This document shows, in pieces, positions 21,338-31,144 of a stretch of 64,000 nucleotides of DNA. Source of the DNA: Rhodothermales bacterium (lineage in GTDB: Bacteria; Bacteroidota; Rhodothermia; Rhodothermales; BA12); NCBI GenBank assembly GCA_963829705.1, contig CAWHJN010000005.1:157634-221633 (forward strand). The letters are read 5' to 3'. The notes under the pieces are model-generated. The model searched no databases. It saw nothing but the letters and a program-made list of their open reading frames with translations, and had not been told where the DNA came from. Position 1 is the first letter of the stretch, and each line of letters starts with the position of its first letter. Both the position numbers and the translations under genes were made by a program.

Positions 21338-21739
21338 ATGAGCAACACCATTCCCCTTGGCCAGCTTCACGACCTGGCGCTTCTCTACCTCGGGCTCGCC
21401 TACGGAGCTGACGCCGATCTCGCCTCTGCCGAGGAGCAGGAGATCGTGGCCCGGCTGTACCGCTGGCAGCCCGACCGCGACCCGGCGCTGCTTCAGCACG
21501 TCCTCCGCGACGCCAAGCTGACGTACCTCAACGACGCCTCCGGCGCGCGCATCGACCAGGCCATCACGGCGCTCCGGACCTCGCTCTCCGCCGACGTGCG
21601 CCGCAGCATCCTCGACGACCTCGGCCACATCGCCCGCGCCGACGGCACGGTGGTCGAGGGCGAGAAGGTCTTCATCCACACGCTGCGCGAAGCGTGGGGC
21701 ATGGGCGTGCCGGGCGAGCAGCCGGGTACCCACAACTGA
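21338..21739 (+). CDS. TerB-like helical protein
   Basis: AYGADADL..AE and IARADGTV..GE repeats typical of the TerB fold. Confidence 0.75.
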   Translation: MSNTIPLGQLHDLALLYLGLAYGADADLASAEEQEIVARLYRWQPDRDPALLQHVLRDAKLTYLNDASGARIDQAITALRTSLSADVRRSILDDLGHIARADGTVVEGEKVFIHTLREAWGMGVPGEQPGTHN

Positions 21740-21756
21740 GGGGCAGCCCACCTGTC

Positions 21757-21795
21757 GTTAACTCACTGTTGACCTTCCGGTAAAGCTCGGGTAAC
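21757..21795 (+). promoter_or_regulatory. Four 11-bp-spaced direct repeats (Pho-box/OmpR-family-like operator)
   Basis: GTTAAC (21757), GTTGAC (21768), GGTAAA (21779), GGTAAC (21790). Confidence 0.6.
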
Positions 21796-21836
21796 AGCAC
21801 GCGGCTATCCTGGCCTCAACAAAACAGGATGACGGC

Positions 21837-22673
21837 GTGCAACCGCACCTCTACCGGACGATCTGGATTTCCGACGTTCACCTGGGCACTGCAACGTGCC
21901 GGGCCGACGCGCTGCTCGACTTTCTGCGCCACCACGACGCCGAGCGCTGGTTTCTCGTCGGCGACGTGTTCGACGGGTGGGCGATGCGCCGCGCGTGGTT
22001 CTGGGGGCAGGCGCACAACGATGTCGTGCAGAAACTGCTGCGTAAGGCGCGCAAAGGGGCCGAGGTGACGTACATCCCCGGCAACCACGACGACTTCGTA
22101 CGCGACTCGGCGGGCCTACGCTTCGGCGGCATCACCGTACGGCAGCGCGCCGTACATACCACAGCCGATGGGCGGCAACTGCTCGTCCTTCACGGCGACG
22201 AGTTCGATGGCGTCGTGCGCCACGCGCAGTGGCTCTCCAAGCTCGGCGCGGGTGGCTACCGACTCGTGCTGCACCTCGACCGGCACCTCGACACGCTGCG
22301 CGACACGCTCGGGCTGCCGTACTGGTCGCTGTCGGCGTACCTCAAGTCGAAGGCCCAAAAAGCCACGCAACTCATCGGCGATTTCAGCAGAGCCGTCGCC
22401 GCCGAGGCGCGCATGTGCGACGTCGACGGCGTCGTGTGCGGGCACATCCACCACGCCGAGATGCGCGAGATCGACGGCATCGCGTACTTCAACTGCGGCG
22501 ACTGGGTAGAGAGTTGCACCGCCCTCGTCGAGCATTTAGACGGCAGGATGGAGATCCTTTCCTGGACTGAGGTGCGCCCCCTTTCGGATGCGGCCTACGC
22601 GGGCGACGGCCTGCCTACGGAACCTGCGCTGCCGCTCGCGCACCTTCGCGCGATGCTGGCGAGCCCCGCGTAG
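21837..22673 (+). CDS. Metallophosphoesterase of the LpxH2/PlcP (phospholipase C) group
   Basis: ISDVHLG, VGDVFDGW, HNDVVQKLLRKARKG, PGNHD, HGD, CGHIH, NCGDWVESCTAL. Confidence 0.85.
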   Translation: MQPHLYRTIWISDVHLGTATCRADALLDFLRHHDAERWFLVGDVFDGWAMRRAWFWGQAHNDVVQKLLRKARKGAEVTYIPGNHDDFVRDSAGLRFGGITVRQRAVHTTADGRQLLVLHGDEFDGVVRHAQWLSKLGAGGYRLVLHLDRHLDTLRDTLGLPYWSLSAYLKSKAQKATQLIGDFSRAVAAEARMCDVDGVVCGHIHHAEMREIDGIAYFNCGDWVESCTALVEHLDGRMEILSWTEVRPLSDAAYAGDGLPTEPALPLAHLRAMLASPA

Positions 22674-22769
22674 CAGCAGGCCCCGCGAGGCGGCAGCGGT
22701 GTGACGTAACGGACCTGAAACCCGACTTTGTAGAAGCGAGTTGGCAGCGGCAATTAATGCACGCTGACT

Positions 22770-24509
22770 ATGAACGCCCGATGGATGCTGCGCCCGGTGG
22801 AAAACGCCGCGCGTGTCGAACCCCTTGCGCGCGCCCTCAACGACCTTCCGCTCCCGCTGGCACGTGCGCTCGTGCTCCGGGGCGTCGAGTCGTTCGAGGA
22901 CGCCCGCCGCTTTTTTCGCCCCACGCTGCACGGCCTGCACGATCCGTTTGAGATGCAGGACATGAAGCGCGCCGCCACACGCGTCGCCCGCGCCATCGAC
23001 AGCCGCGAGCGCGTCGTCGTCTACGGTGATTACGACGTGGACGGTACGACGGCGACGGCCCTGATGACGCACTTTTTGCGCTCGCAGGGCGTGGACGCGC
23101 AGTTTTTCGTGCCCAACCGCTTCGAGAACGGCTACGGGCTGTGCAACGCCGGGCTCGACTGGGCGAAGGCGCAGGGGGCTACGCTCGTCGTCGCGCTCGA
23201 CTGCGGCATCACGGCCATCGACGAGGCGCGCTACGCGAAGAGCCTCGGCCTCGACCTCGTCATCTGCGACCACCACAAGCCCGGCCCCGCGCTCCCCGAC
23301 GCCTACGCCGTGCTCGACCCCAAGCGCGACGACTGCACGTACCCGTTCGACGAACTCTCGGGCTGCGGCATCGGCTTCAAGCTCGTCCAAGCCGTGCTGG
23401 CCGAGACGGGGAAAAGTCCCGACGAGGCGATGCCCTACCTCGACCTCGTCGCCATGTCGACGGCGGCGGACATCGTGCCGCTCTTCGGCGAAAACCGGGC
23501 GCTGATGCACGCGGGCCTCGAACGCCTGCGCCGCCAGCCGCGCGTGGGCCTCGCCCAACTGGCCGACATGTGCCGCACCGACCTCGCCACGGCCACGACG
23601 GAGAACATCGTCTTCACCCTCGGCCCGCGCATCAACGCCGCCGGGCGGCTGGGCGACGCCGACCGGGCCGTGCAACTGCTCTTGACCGAGGACTCGCAGG
23701 AGGCATTTCAACTCGCGCTCGATCTGGAAGGCCTCAACCAGAAGCGCCGCGACCTCGATCAGGAAATCCAGCACGAGGCCATGCGGATGGCCGAGAAGCA
23801 ACTCGCCGCGTGGGCCGAGCACTCCGTCGTGCTCTACCACCCCGACTGGCACCTCGGCGTGATCGGCATCGTGGCGAGCCGGCTCGTGGAGCGGTTCTAC
23901 CGCCCCGCCATCATGATGTGCTCGGTCGGCTCGCACGTCAAAGGCTCCGCCCGGTCGATCAAAGGCATCAGCGTGTACAACGCGCTCAAAGCGTGCGACG
24001 ACCTGCTCGAAGGGTGGGGCGGCCACGACTTCGCGGCGGGCCTGACGATCAAAGAGGAGAACGTTCCTGCCTTTCAGCGCCGCTTCGATGAGGCCGTAGG
24101 CAACAGCATCACCGAAGGGCTGCTCGAACCGACCGTGGACGTGGACGCGCACCTGCACCTCGGCGACCTCGACGAGCGCTTCTGGGCGATCCTTCGCCAG
24201 TTCGCCCCGCACGGCCCGACGAACCTGATGCCGGTTTTCCAGAGCGACAGTCTCGAACTCGTGGGCCAGCCGCGCACCGTCGGGCGCGACGAGGCGCACC
24301 TCAAGTTTGCCGTGCGCCCGGTTTCCGGTGACGGCGAGGCGCGCGACGTGATCGCCTACCGGATGGGCAAGAAGATGCCGCTTCTACAGCAAAGCCAGCG
24401 CGAGGGCCGCCCACTCGATCTGCTGTTCAACGTCAACGAGAACACGTACCGGGGCCAGCGCTCGCTGCAACTGAAGGCGAAAGACGTGCGGCTGAACGGC
24501 GACGGTTGA
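22770..24509 (+). CDS. recJ: Single-stranded-DNA exonuclease RecJ
   Basis: YGDYDVDG, DCG, CDHH, PRINAAGRL, GSARS, GGH.FAAG. Confidence 0.97.
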   Translation: MNARWMLRPVENAARVEPLARALNDLPLPLARALVLRGVESFEDARRFFRPTLHGLHDPFEMQDMKRAATRVARAIDSRERVVVYGDYDVDGTTATALMTHFLRSQGVDAQFFVPNRFENGYGLCNAGLDWAKAQGATLVVALDCGITAIDEARYAKSLGLDLVICDHHKPGPALPDAYAVLDPKRDDCTYPFDELSGCGIGFKLVQAVLAETGKSPDEAMPYLDLVAMSTAADIVPLFGENRALMHAGLERLRRQPRVGLAQLADMCRTDLATATTENIVFTLGPRINAAGRLGDADRAVQLLLTEDSQEAFQLALDLEGLNQKRRDLDQEIQHEAMRMAEKQLAAWAEHSVVLYHPDWHLGVIGIVASRLVERFYRPAIMMCSVGSHVKGSARSIKGISVYNALKACDDLLEGWGGHDFAAGLTIKEENVPAFQRRFDEAVGNSITEGLLEPTVDVDAHLHLGDLDERFWAILRQFAPHGPTNLMPVFQSDSLELVGQPRTVGRDEAHLKFAVRPVSGDGEARDVIAYRMGKKMPLLQQSQREGRPLDLLFNVNENTYRGQRSLQLKAKDVRLNGDG

Positions 24510-24611
24510 GCAACGAGAGGGCGGCGGGGAGGTCTTTAGATGGAAGCCCTGCCGCTTTCCATGTTTACTTCCTTATGCCTCACACAGCCAAAACGAACCC
24601 CCACGTTTTCG

Positions 24612-25028
24612 ATGCGAACGTGGATTCTGCTGTTGTGGGATGTAGCGCTCATCGGGATGGTCTTCATCCTCGTTCCCAGCTTCAAATACACAGGATTCTG
24701 GTACCTGATGACGGCTCCAGACAAGCGGTTGCCATCGGCGCACTTGGCTGAACCAGACGACGATATGTGGAGCGTGTTGTGGGTGGAGGTGGAAAGAGAC
24801 ACGATCCAAATCGAAAACTACCGACTGACGCTCACCTCGCTACCAGATGCTCTTCGGGATTCGAGGCAATGGAGTGTGCAAGGCACGGCGTACAGGTTCG
24901 GCTACCCACGTGACGCCGTACTCCTCGTCGCTGACCGCGACACGCCGATGGGCGACATCCTGCCCGTTATCGAAGCCGCGCGGCGGGCGGGCTACGAGGA
25001 GATCCGGTTTATGACGGTGCGGCGGTAA
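24612..25028 (+). CDS. ExbD/TolR-like protein (orphan, divergent)
   Basis: N-terminal TM with Asp (LWDVALIG), C-terminal LLVADRDTPMGDILPVIEAARRAGY. Confidence 0.6.
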   Translation: MRTWILLLWDVALIGMVFILVPSFKYTGFWYLMTAPDKRLPSAHLAEPDDDMWSVLWVEVERDTIQIENYRLTLTSLPDALRDSRQWSVQGTAYRFGYPRDAVLLVADRDTPMGDILPVIEAARRAGYEEIRFMTVRR

Positions 25029-25103
25029 ATCCACGCGCACCCTCTCCGTCGCTCTGCGTCTCGTTCCCCTCACACGAGGGGGACCGGCCAGAGGCCGAGG
25101 GGG

Positions 25104-25175
25104 TCACACCACGAGCAGCAGGAGGGGCGTGAGGCCGATGGCGAAGCGGAGGCAGAAGATGGCGGCGTCGAGCAT
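25104..25175 (-). CDS. Putative 23-aa hydrophobic peptide
   Basis: MLDAAIFCLRFAIGLTPLLLLVV; GC3-rich codons, pyrimidine-rich leader ending GCC-ATG. Confidence 0.4.
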   Translation of the reverse strand: MLDAAIFCLRFAIGLTPLLLLVV

Positions 25176-25253
25176 GGCAGTAAGGGGGTAGAACGACACC
25201 GCGGTAGCCGCCGCGAACGAGGGAGAAGTAACGCGGGCCGGTGCAGAGTCTGC

Positions 25254-25261
25254 TATCTTTG
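25254..25261 (+). promoter_or_regulatory. Bacteroidota-type -7 promoter element
   Basis: TATCTTTG (TAnnTTTG) 25 nt upstream of the M14 peptidase ATG. Confidence 0.45.
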
Positions 25262-25286
25262 CAGGCGTTTCAACACCCCATCCTCC

Positions 25287-27791
25287 ATGCGCTTCCGTTT
25301 GCTCGCCTTCGCCTTCCTGTTCACCCTGCCCGTCGCCGCGCAGACCGTCCCCACGCCCGAGGCGTTTCTGGGCTACAGCCTCGGCGACCACTTCACGATG
25401 CAGCACCGCGTGCTGGGCTATGCCGAGGCCGTCGCCGAAGCATCGCCGCGCGTGGAAATCATGCCGTACGGCCAGACGTACGAAGGCCGCCCGCTCGTCG
25501 TCGTCGTCGTGGCGTCGGAAAAGAACATGGGGCGCTTGGAAGCCATCCGGCAGAGCAACCTGGCGATGGCAGGGCGCGGAAACGGGCCGGTGCTTGACGA
25601 CGCGCCCACCATCGTGTGGCTCTCCTACAACGTCCACGGCAACGAGGCGGTGAGCAGCGAGGCATTCATGCCCACGCTCTACGCCCTCGCCGACCCGTCG
25701 AACGCGCAGGCGTCGGCATGGCTCGAAAACACCGTCGTCTTTCTCGACCCGATGATCAACCCCGACGGGCGCGAGCGGTACGTGCAGGGCTTCAAGCAGC
25801 GCGTCGGCGCACATGTCAACCCCGCTCCAGAGGCGCGCGAGCACAGCGAGCCGTGGCCCGGCGGACGCGCCAACCACTATTACTTCGACCTCAACCGCGA
25901 CTGGGCGTGGCAGACGCAGATCGAGAGCCAGCAGCGCAGCGTGCTCTACCGCCAGTGGATGCCGCACGTCCACGCCGATTTTCACGAGCAGGGCGTCAAC
26001 TCGCCGTACTACTTCGCCCCCGCTGCCGAGCCGTACCACGCCGTCATCACCCCGTGGCAGCGGCAGTTGCAGACGCGCATCGGCGAGCGTAACGCGCAGA
26101 CGTTCGACCGCGAAAGCCGCCTCTACTTTACCCGGCAGGTGTTCGACCTCTTCTACCCGTCGTACGGCGACACGTGGCCGACCTACAACGGAGCCGTCGG
26201 GATGACGTACGAGCAGGGCGGATCGGGCTTCGCGGGCCTCGGCATCGAAACGGAGACGGGCGACACGCTGACGCTGGCCATGCGGATCGCCAACCACTTC
26301 GCCACGAGCCTCAACACAGTAGCCGTGGCGTCGGAGAACGCTGCCGAGATGAAGGCGCAGTTCCGTACCTACTTCGACACGGCGGGGCGGGGCGAGGGTG
26401 CGCCCTACGCCGCGTACGTCGTCCACGCCACGAACGGGCCGGACAAACTCCGCGCCCTCACCCGGCTGCTCGACCGAAACGGCATCGCCTACGGGCAGGC
26501 GACGGCGCAGGCGCGCGCTGACGGCTACCGCTTCCGTACGGGACAGAGCGAGCGGGCGAGTGTGGAGGCGGGCGACCTCGTCGTGCCTGCGGCGCAGCCC
26601 GCGGGCACGCTCGTGCAGGTGCTTTTCGAACCCGAGGCGCTGCTCGTGGACTCGCTCACGTACGACATCACCGCGTGGGCACTGCCGTACGTGTACGACC
26701 TCGATGTGTCGGCCCTGAACCGCACCGTCGAGACGCGGCCCTACACGGCCCCCGCGCCCGCCCCGCCGTCGGGGCAGCCCTACGCCTACCTCGTCCCGTG
26801 GCGCACGATGGACAGCGCCCGTTTTCTGGCGGATCTCGTCGAGGCGGGCGTCCGGTCGCGCTTTGCCACGGAGGCGTTCACCACGAACGGCAAAACCTAC
26901 CCGCCGGGCACCCTCATCGTCACGCGCACCGACAACGTGCGGCTGGGTGCGCGCTTCGACGAGGCGCTCCGATCCGCCGCAACGGCGCACGGCGTAGCGG
27001 TGGACGGCGCGGGCAGCGGCTACGTCACGAGCGGCTCCGACTTCGGCGCGTCGTCCGTGGCCTACCTCGACGCCCCCCGCGTGATGGTGCTCTCGGGCGA
27101 GGGCCTCTCGTCGCTGGCGGTCGGCGAGGTCTGGCATTTCTTCGACCAGCAACTTGGCTATCCCGCCACGCTCGTCTACACCGACGATTTCAGCCCGGCG
27201 ATGCTCGAAGACTTCGACGTGCTCGTGATGCCGTCGGGCAGCTACGGCCGGATGCTGGGCACCGACCGCCTTGCCGAGGTGCGCCGCTGGGTGCAGGGCG
27301 GCGGGCGGATCGTCGCGCTCGAAGGGGCGATGGGCTTTCTCGCGGGCAAGGAAGGATTCGGCCTCAAGGAGAAAGAAGGCGCGAAAGCCGACGCCGATTC
27401 GCTCGACGCCCTTCTCGAGCCCTACGGCACGCGCACGCGGCGCGGCATCTCGTGCGAAACGCCCGGCGCCGTCTACCGCGTCCGCCTCGACGCCACGCAC
27501 CCGCTCGCCTATGGCTACGACGACGACACCTTCGCGCTCGTGCGCTCGGGCCGGGCCTATGGGTTTCTCAAGGACGGCTGGAACGTGGGCGTCGTGCAGC
27601 AGGATGCGCGCGTGAGCGGCTTCGTCGGAGCCGAGGCCCGCGAGCGCTTGCAGGACGCGCTCGTCTACGGCGTCGAGCCCATCGGGCGCGGGCAGGTCGT
27701 CTACATGACCGACAGCCCGCTTTTCCGCGGCTTCTGGGAAGGCGGCAAGCTCCTCTTCGCCAACGCCGTGTTCTTCGTCGGGCAGGACTGA
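25287..27791 (+). CDS. Secreted M14 family zinc carboxypeptidase
   Basis: Signal peptide; VHGNE, NPDG, DLNRD, DFHEQ motifs; C-terminal glutamine-amidotransferase-like region. Confidence 0.9.
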   Translation: MRFRLLAFAFLFTLPVAAQTVPTPEAFLGYSLGDHFTMQHRVLGYAEAVAEASPRVEIMPYGQTYEGRPLVVVVVASEKNMGRLEAIRQSNLAMAGRGNGPVLDDAPTIVWLSYNVHGNEAVSSEAFMPTLYALADPSNAQASAWLENTVVFLDPMINPDGRERYVQGFKQRVGAHVNPAPEAREHSEPWPGGRANHYYFDLNRDWAWQTQIESQQRSVLYRQWMPHVHADFHEQGVNSPYYFAPAAEPYHAVITPWQRQLQTRIGERNAQTFDRESRLYFTRQVFDLFYPSYGDTWPTYNGAVGMTYEQGGSGFAGLGIETETGDTLTLAMRIANHFATSLNTVAVASENAAEMKAQFRTYFDTAGRGEGAPYAAYVVHATNGPDKLRALTRLLDRNGIAYGQATAQARADGYRFRTGQSERASVEAGDLVVPAAQPAGTLVQVLFEPEALLVDSLTYDITAWALPYVYDLDVSALNRTVETRPYTAPAPAPPSGQPYAYLVPWRTMDSARFLADLVEAGVRSRFATEAFTTNGKTYPPGTLIVTRTDNVRLGARFDEALRSAATAHGVAVDGAGSGYVTSGSDFGASSVAYLDAPRVMVLSGEGLSSLAVGEVWHFFDQQLGYPATLVYTDDFSPAMLEDFDVLVMPSGSYGRMLGTDRLAEVRRWVQGGGRIVALEGAMGFLAGKEGFGLKEKEGAKADADSLDALLEPYGTRTRRGISCETPGAVYRVRLDATHPLAYGYDDDTFALVRSGRAYGFLKDGWNVGVVQQDARVSGFVGAEARERLQDALVYGVEPIGRGQVVYMTDSPLFRGFWEGGKLLFANAVFFVGQD

Positions 27792-27813
27792 GGGGTGTTG
27801 CGGATGGAGCGTA

Positions 27814-27840
27814 TAGGGGCGCGGCATGCTGTGCCCCTAC
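27814..27840. repeat. GTAG-type REP-like palindrome
   Basis: TAGGGGCGCGGCATGCTGTGCCCCTAC. Confidence 0.55.
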
Positions 27841-27959
27841 GAGGTAAAGCGGGTGATTCCTGGTGCAGGCGCCGCGCCGCGCGGAAACGATTTCCTGTGG
27901 TTTGTTGGTGAATCCGGGTCGGCGGGGTTATGCTTGGGTGCAGCCAACCCCGCCACCAC

Positions 27960-29231
27960 ATGGGCCGCCGCCGCGATCTCGTCATCCTCGTGATGGTGAC
28001 GTTTTTCGTCATCTCGTTCATGACGAACGTCATCAACGCCCTCATCCCCGCCTTCCGCGAGGACTTCGCCCTCAGCCTGACGCTGGCCGGGCTGCTGCCG
28101 TTCGCCTTCTTCATCGCCTACGGCGTGATGTCGATCCCGGCGGGAATGCTCGTCGAACAGGTGGGCGAAAAGGCGACGATGATGCTCTCGTTCGCCGTGG
28201 CGGCGGTGGGCGCGCTGGCGCTCGCGTTCTTCGCCGACTACCGCGTGGCCGTCGCGTCGCTGTTTTTCATCGGCTCGGGCATGGCGGCGTTGCAGGTAGC
28301 CATCAACCCGCTCCTGCGCGAGGCGGGCGGTGAGGAGCACTTCGCCTTCAACTCGGTGATGGGGCAGCTCTTCTTCGGCGGCGCGTCGTTTCTGAGCCCG
28401 CTCGTGTACTCGTACCTCGCCGTGCGACTGGCCGAGAACCCGGAGGCGCAATCGGGCCTGACGGCCTTCCTGGCGCGCATCGTCCCCGACGAGTTGCCGT
28501 GGCTGTCGATCTACTACCTGTCGGCGATCCTCGCCGTCGCCATGATCGCCGTCATCGCCGCCATCCGCTTCCCGAAGGTCGAGCGCAAGGAGGACGAGCA
28601 GGTGGGCAGCCTCGCCACGTACCGTGACCTGCTCAAACGCCCGCTCGTGTGGGCGTACTTCGTGGGCATCTTCATGTACGTCGGCTCCGAGCAGGGCGTG
28701 GGCAACTGGATCTCGGAATTTCTGCTGCGCTACCACGGCTACAGCCCCGAGACGACGGGCGCGCAGACGGTGTCGTGGTTCTGGGGCATGATGACGGCGG
28801 GGGCCTTCCTCGGGCTCGTCGCGCTCAAGTTCATGGACAGCCGCCGCGTGCTCATCGGCTTCACGCTGGCGACGCTCGTGTGTTTGTCGCTGGCGCTCTT
28901 CGGCAGCGGCGAAACGGCGCTGTGGGCGTTTCCCGCCGTCGGCTTTTTCATCTCGGTGATGTGGTCGGTGGTGTTTTCGCTCGCCCTCAACTCGGTCCGG
29001 GAGCACCACGGCGCGTTCTCGGGAATCCTCGTGACGGGCATCGCGGGCGGGGCCATCGTGCCGTTCGTCGTCGGCGCGCTCGGCGATGCCTTCGGGCTGC
29101 GAGCGGGGATGCTGTTCCTCTACCTGACCTTCGGCTACATCCTGTCCGTCGGCTTCTGGGCCAAACCGCTCGTCACCAACGAGACGCTGGCGATGCGACG
29201 CGAGGCCGCCACACTCCCGAACGAGTCTTGA
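27960..29231 (+). CDS. MFS sugar transporter (FucP/GluP-like)
   Basis: FFIAYGVMSIPAG, LQVAINP, IFMYVGSEQG, GGAIVP. Confidence 0.9.
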   Translation: MGRRRDLVILVMVTFFVISFMTNVINALIPAFREDFALSLTLAGLLPFAFFIAYGVMSIPAGMLVEQVGEKATMMLSFAVAAVGALALAFFADYRVAVASLFFIGSGMAALQVAINPLLREAGGEEHFAFNSVMGQLFFGGASFLSPLVYSYLAVRLAENPEAQSGLTAFLARIVPDELPWLSIYYLSAILAVAMIAVIAAIRFPKVERKEDEQVGSLATYRDLLKRPLVWAYFVGIFMYVGSEQGVGNWISEFLLRYHGYSPETTGAQTVSWFWGMMTAGAFLGLVALKFMDSRRVLIGFTLATLVCLSLALFGSGETALWAFPAVGFFISVMWSVVFSLALNSVREHHGAFSGILVTGIAGGAIVPFVVGALGDAFGLRAGMLFLYLTFGYILSVGFWAKPLVTNETLAMRREAATLPNES

Positions 29232-30112
29232 CCGTCCCCCCGCCCTCGACACGTCCGCGCATCGGCGTGGATCTGGGCGGCACGAACGTCCGGGCCGGGC
29301 GGGTGCGGGGCGGAGAGATCGAGGCGCACGCCGCGCGGCGCATCGACGCGGCGGGGTCGGTAGAGGACGTGATGGCCTTCCTCCACGCGGTCATCGACGA
29401 GGTATGGACGGACGACGTCTGCGCGCTCGGCGCCGGCGTGCCGAGCGTCGTCGATCCCCGAACGGGAACGGTCTACGACGTGCAGAACATCCCGTCGTGG
29501 GTGGAAGTCCCGCTCAAAAACCTCCTCGAAGCGCGTTACGATGTGCCCGCGCGGGTCGGCAACGACGCCAACTGCTTCGCGCTGGGCGAGTACCACTACG
29601 GCCCGCCGCGCGACGCCGCGATGTTCGCCGGCCTCATCCTCGGGACGGGCTTCGCGGGCGGACTCGTCTCCGGCGGGCGGCTCGTGGCGGGCGCGCACAG
29701 CGGCGCGGGCGAGTTCGGAATGCTGCCTTACCGCGACGCCATTTTCGAGCATTACTGCTCGGGCCAGTTTTTCGAGATCCACCACGGCACCACCGCCGCC
29801 GAGATGTTCACGCGCGCCGAGGCGGGCGACGCCCACGCGCTCGCGCTGTGGAACGCCTTCGGCACGCACCTCGGACACGCGCTCTGCGCCGTGCTCTACA
29901 CCGCCGACCCCGACGTGATCGTTTTCGGCGGCTCGGTGCGCCACGCCTACCGGTTTTTCGAGGCGTCGATGCTGGAAGCGCTTTCGCACTTTGCCTACCG
30001 CCGCTCGCTCGACGGCCTCCGCATCGAAGTGTCCGCGCTGGACGACGTGGCCCTCCTCGGCGCGGCGGCGCTGACGCTCGACGAAGTGCCACCGATTTCC
30101 GTACCCGGCTGA
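29228..30112 (+). CDS. ROK family sugar kinase
   Basis: IGVDLGGT, NDANCFALGE, LGTGFAGG, AGEFG; TTGA overlap with transporter stop. Confidence 0.9.
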   Translation: MTVPPPSTRPRIGVDLGGTNVRAGRVRGGEIEAHAARRIDAAGSVEDVMAFLHAVIDEVWTDDVCALGAGVPSVVDPRTGTVYDVQNIPSWVEVPLKNLLEARYDVPARVGNDANCFALGEYHYGPPRDAAMFAGLILGTGFAGGLVSGGRLVAGAHSGAGEFGMLPYRDAIFEHYCSGQFFEIHHGTTAAEMFTRAEAGDAHALALWNAFGTHLGHALCAVLYTADPDVIVFGGSVRHAYRFFEASMLEALSHFAYRRSLDGLRIEVSALDDVALLGAAALTLDEVPPISVPG

Positions 30113-30143
30113 CCTCTTTTCCATCCACCAACCCTTTCTACCC

Positions 30144-31040
30144 ATGCGCCTTCCGCTACTGTTCGCCGCTGTGCTCGCTGTGTTGCCCGCGCGGGCGCAG
30201 AACATCCCGACCGACCGGCCCCTCAACATCATCTGCGTCGAGGCGCACCCGGACGACTGCGATTCCAAGATGGGGGGCACGCTGGCGCGCTACGCCGAAC
30301 TCGGCCACCGCGTCAAAGTCCTCGCGCTCACCAACGGCGACGCCGGGCACCAGTCGGAGGGCGGAGGGGCCCTCGGCAACCGCCGCCGCGCCGAGGGCCG
30401 GGCGGCAGGCCAGGCGCTCGGCATCGACGAGTACACCGTGCTCGACAACCACGACGCCGAACTCATCCCGACGCTCCACGTCCGGCACCAGGTCATCCGC
30501 CACATCCGCGACTGGAAGGCCGACGTCGTCTTCGGCCTGCGTCCCAACGATTACCACCCGGATCACCGCAACGCGGGCATCGCCGTGCAGGACGCCGCCT
30601 ACCTCGTCATCGTCCCCAACGTCACCCCGGATACGCCCGCGCTGGAGCGCAACCCGGTGTTTTTCTACATGAGCGACGGTTTCCAGAAGCCCACGCCCTT
30701 CGAGCCGACCGTGGTGGTGGACGTCGAGGGCACGCTCGACAAGAAGGTGCGCGCCCTCGCCGCGCACGAGTCGCAGATGTTCGAGTGGCTGCCGTGGGTG
30801 AGCGGCAACCGCTCGCTCGAAGGCGTGCCGTCGGATCCCGGCGAGCGCCTCGCGTGGCTCCGTGAGCGCTGGACGAGCCGCACCGTGCCCGCCGACTGGC
30901 GCGCCGCGATGGCGAAGTGGTACCCCGAGAGCGCCGTCGAGGACGCGCAGTACGTCGAGGCGTTCGAACTGTGCGAGTACGGCTACCGGCCCACCGACGC
31001 CGAAATCCCACTGCTCTTTCCCATGCTGCCGGGTAAGTAG
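30144..31040 (+). CDS. Secreted PIG-L/LmbE family deacetylase
   Basis: Signal peptide; AHPDD, TNGDAG, RRAE, YHPDH, HESQ. Confidence 0.9.
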   Translation: MRLPLLFAAVLAVLPARAQNIPTDRPLNIICVEAHPDDCDSKMGGTLARYAELGHRVKVLALTNGDAGHQSEGGGALGNRRRAEGRAAGQALGIDEYTVLDNHDAELIPTLHVRHQVIRHIRDWKADVVFGLRPNDYHPDHRNAGIAVQDAAYLVIVPNVTPDTPALERNPVFFYMSDGFQKPTPFEPTVVVDVEGTLDKKVRALAAHESQMFEWLPWVSGNRSLEGVPSDPGERLAWLRERWTSRTVPADWRAAMAKWYPESAVEDAQYVEAFELCEYGYRPTDAEIPLLFPMLPGK

Positions 31041-31130
31041 GGGTTAGAGAAGGCAGGTTGGAAGGCGGAGGGTAGGCACCTCATTCAGCTCCAACCTCGA
31101 ATCTCCAACCTCTAACCTCAAATCTCTAAT
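31038..31130. repeat. Heptamer tandem repeats with inverted counterpart
   Basis: CTCCAAC CTCGAAT CTCCAAC CTCTAAC CTCAAAT CTCTAAT (31089-31130) preceded by GTTAGAG/GTTGGAA-type units. Confidence 0.65.
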
Positions 31131-31144
31131 ACCCGAGGACTCCC

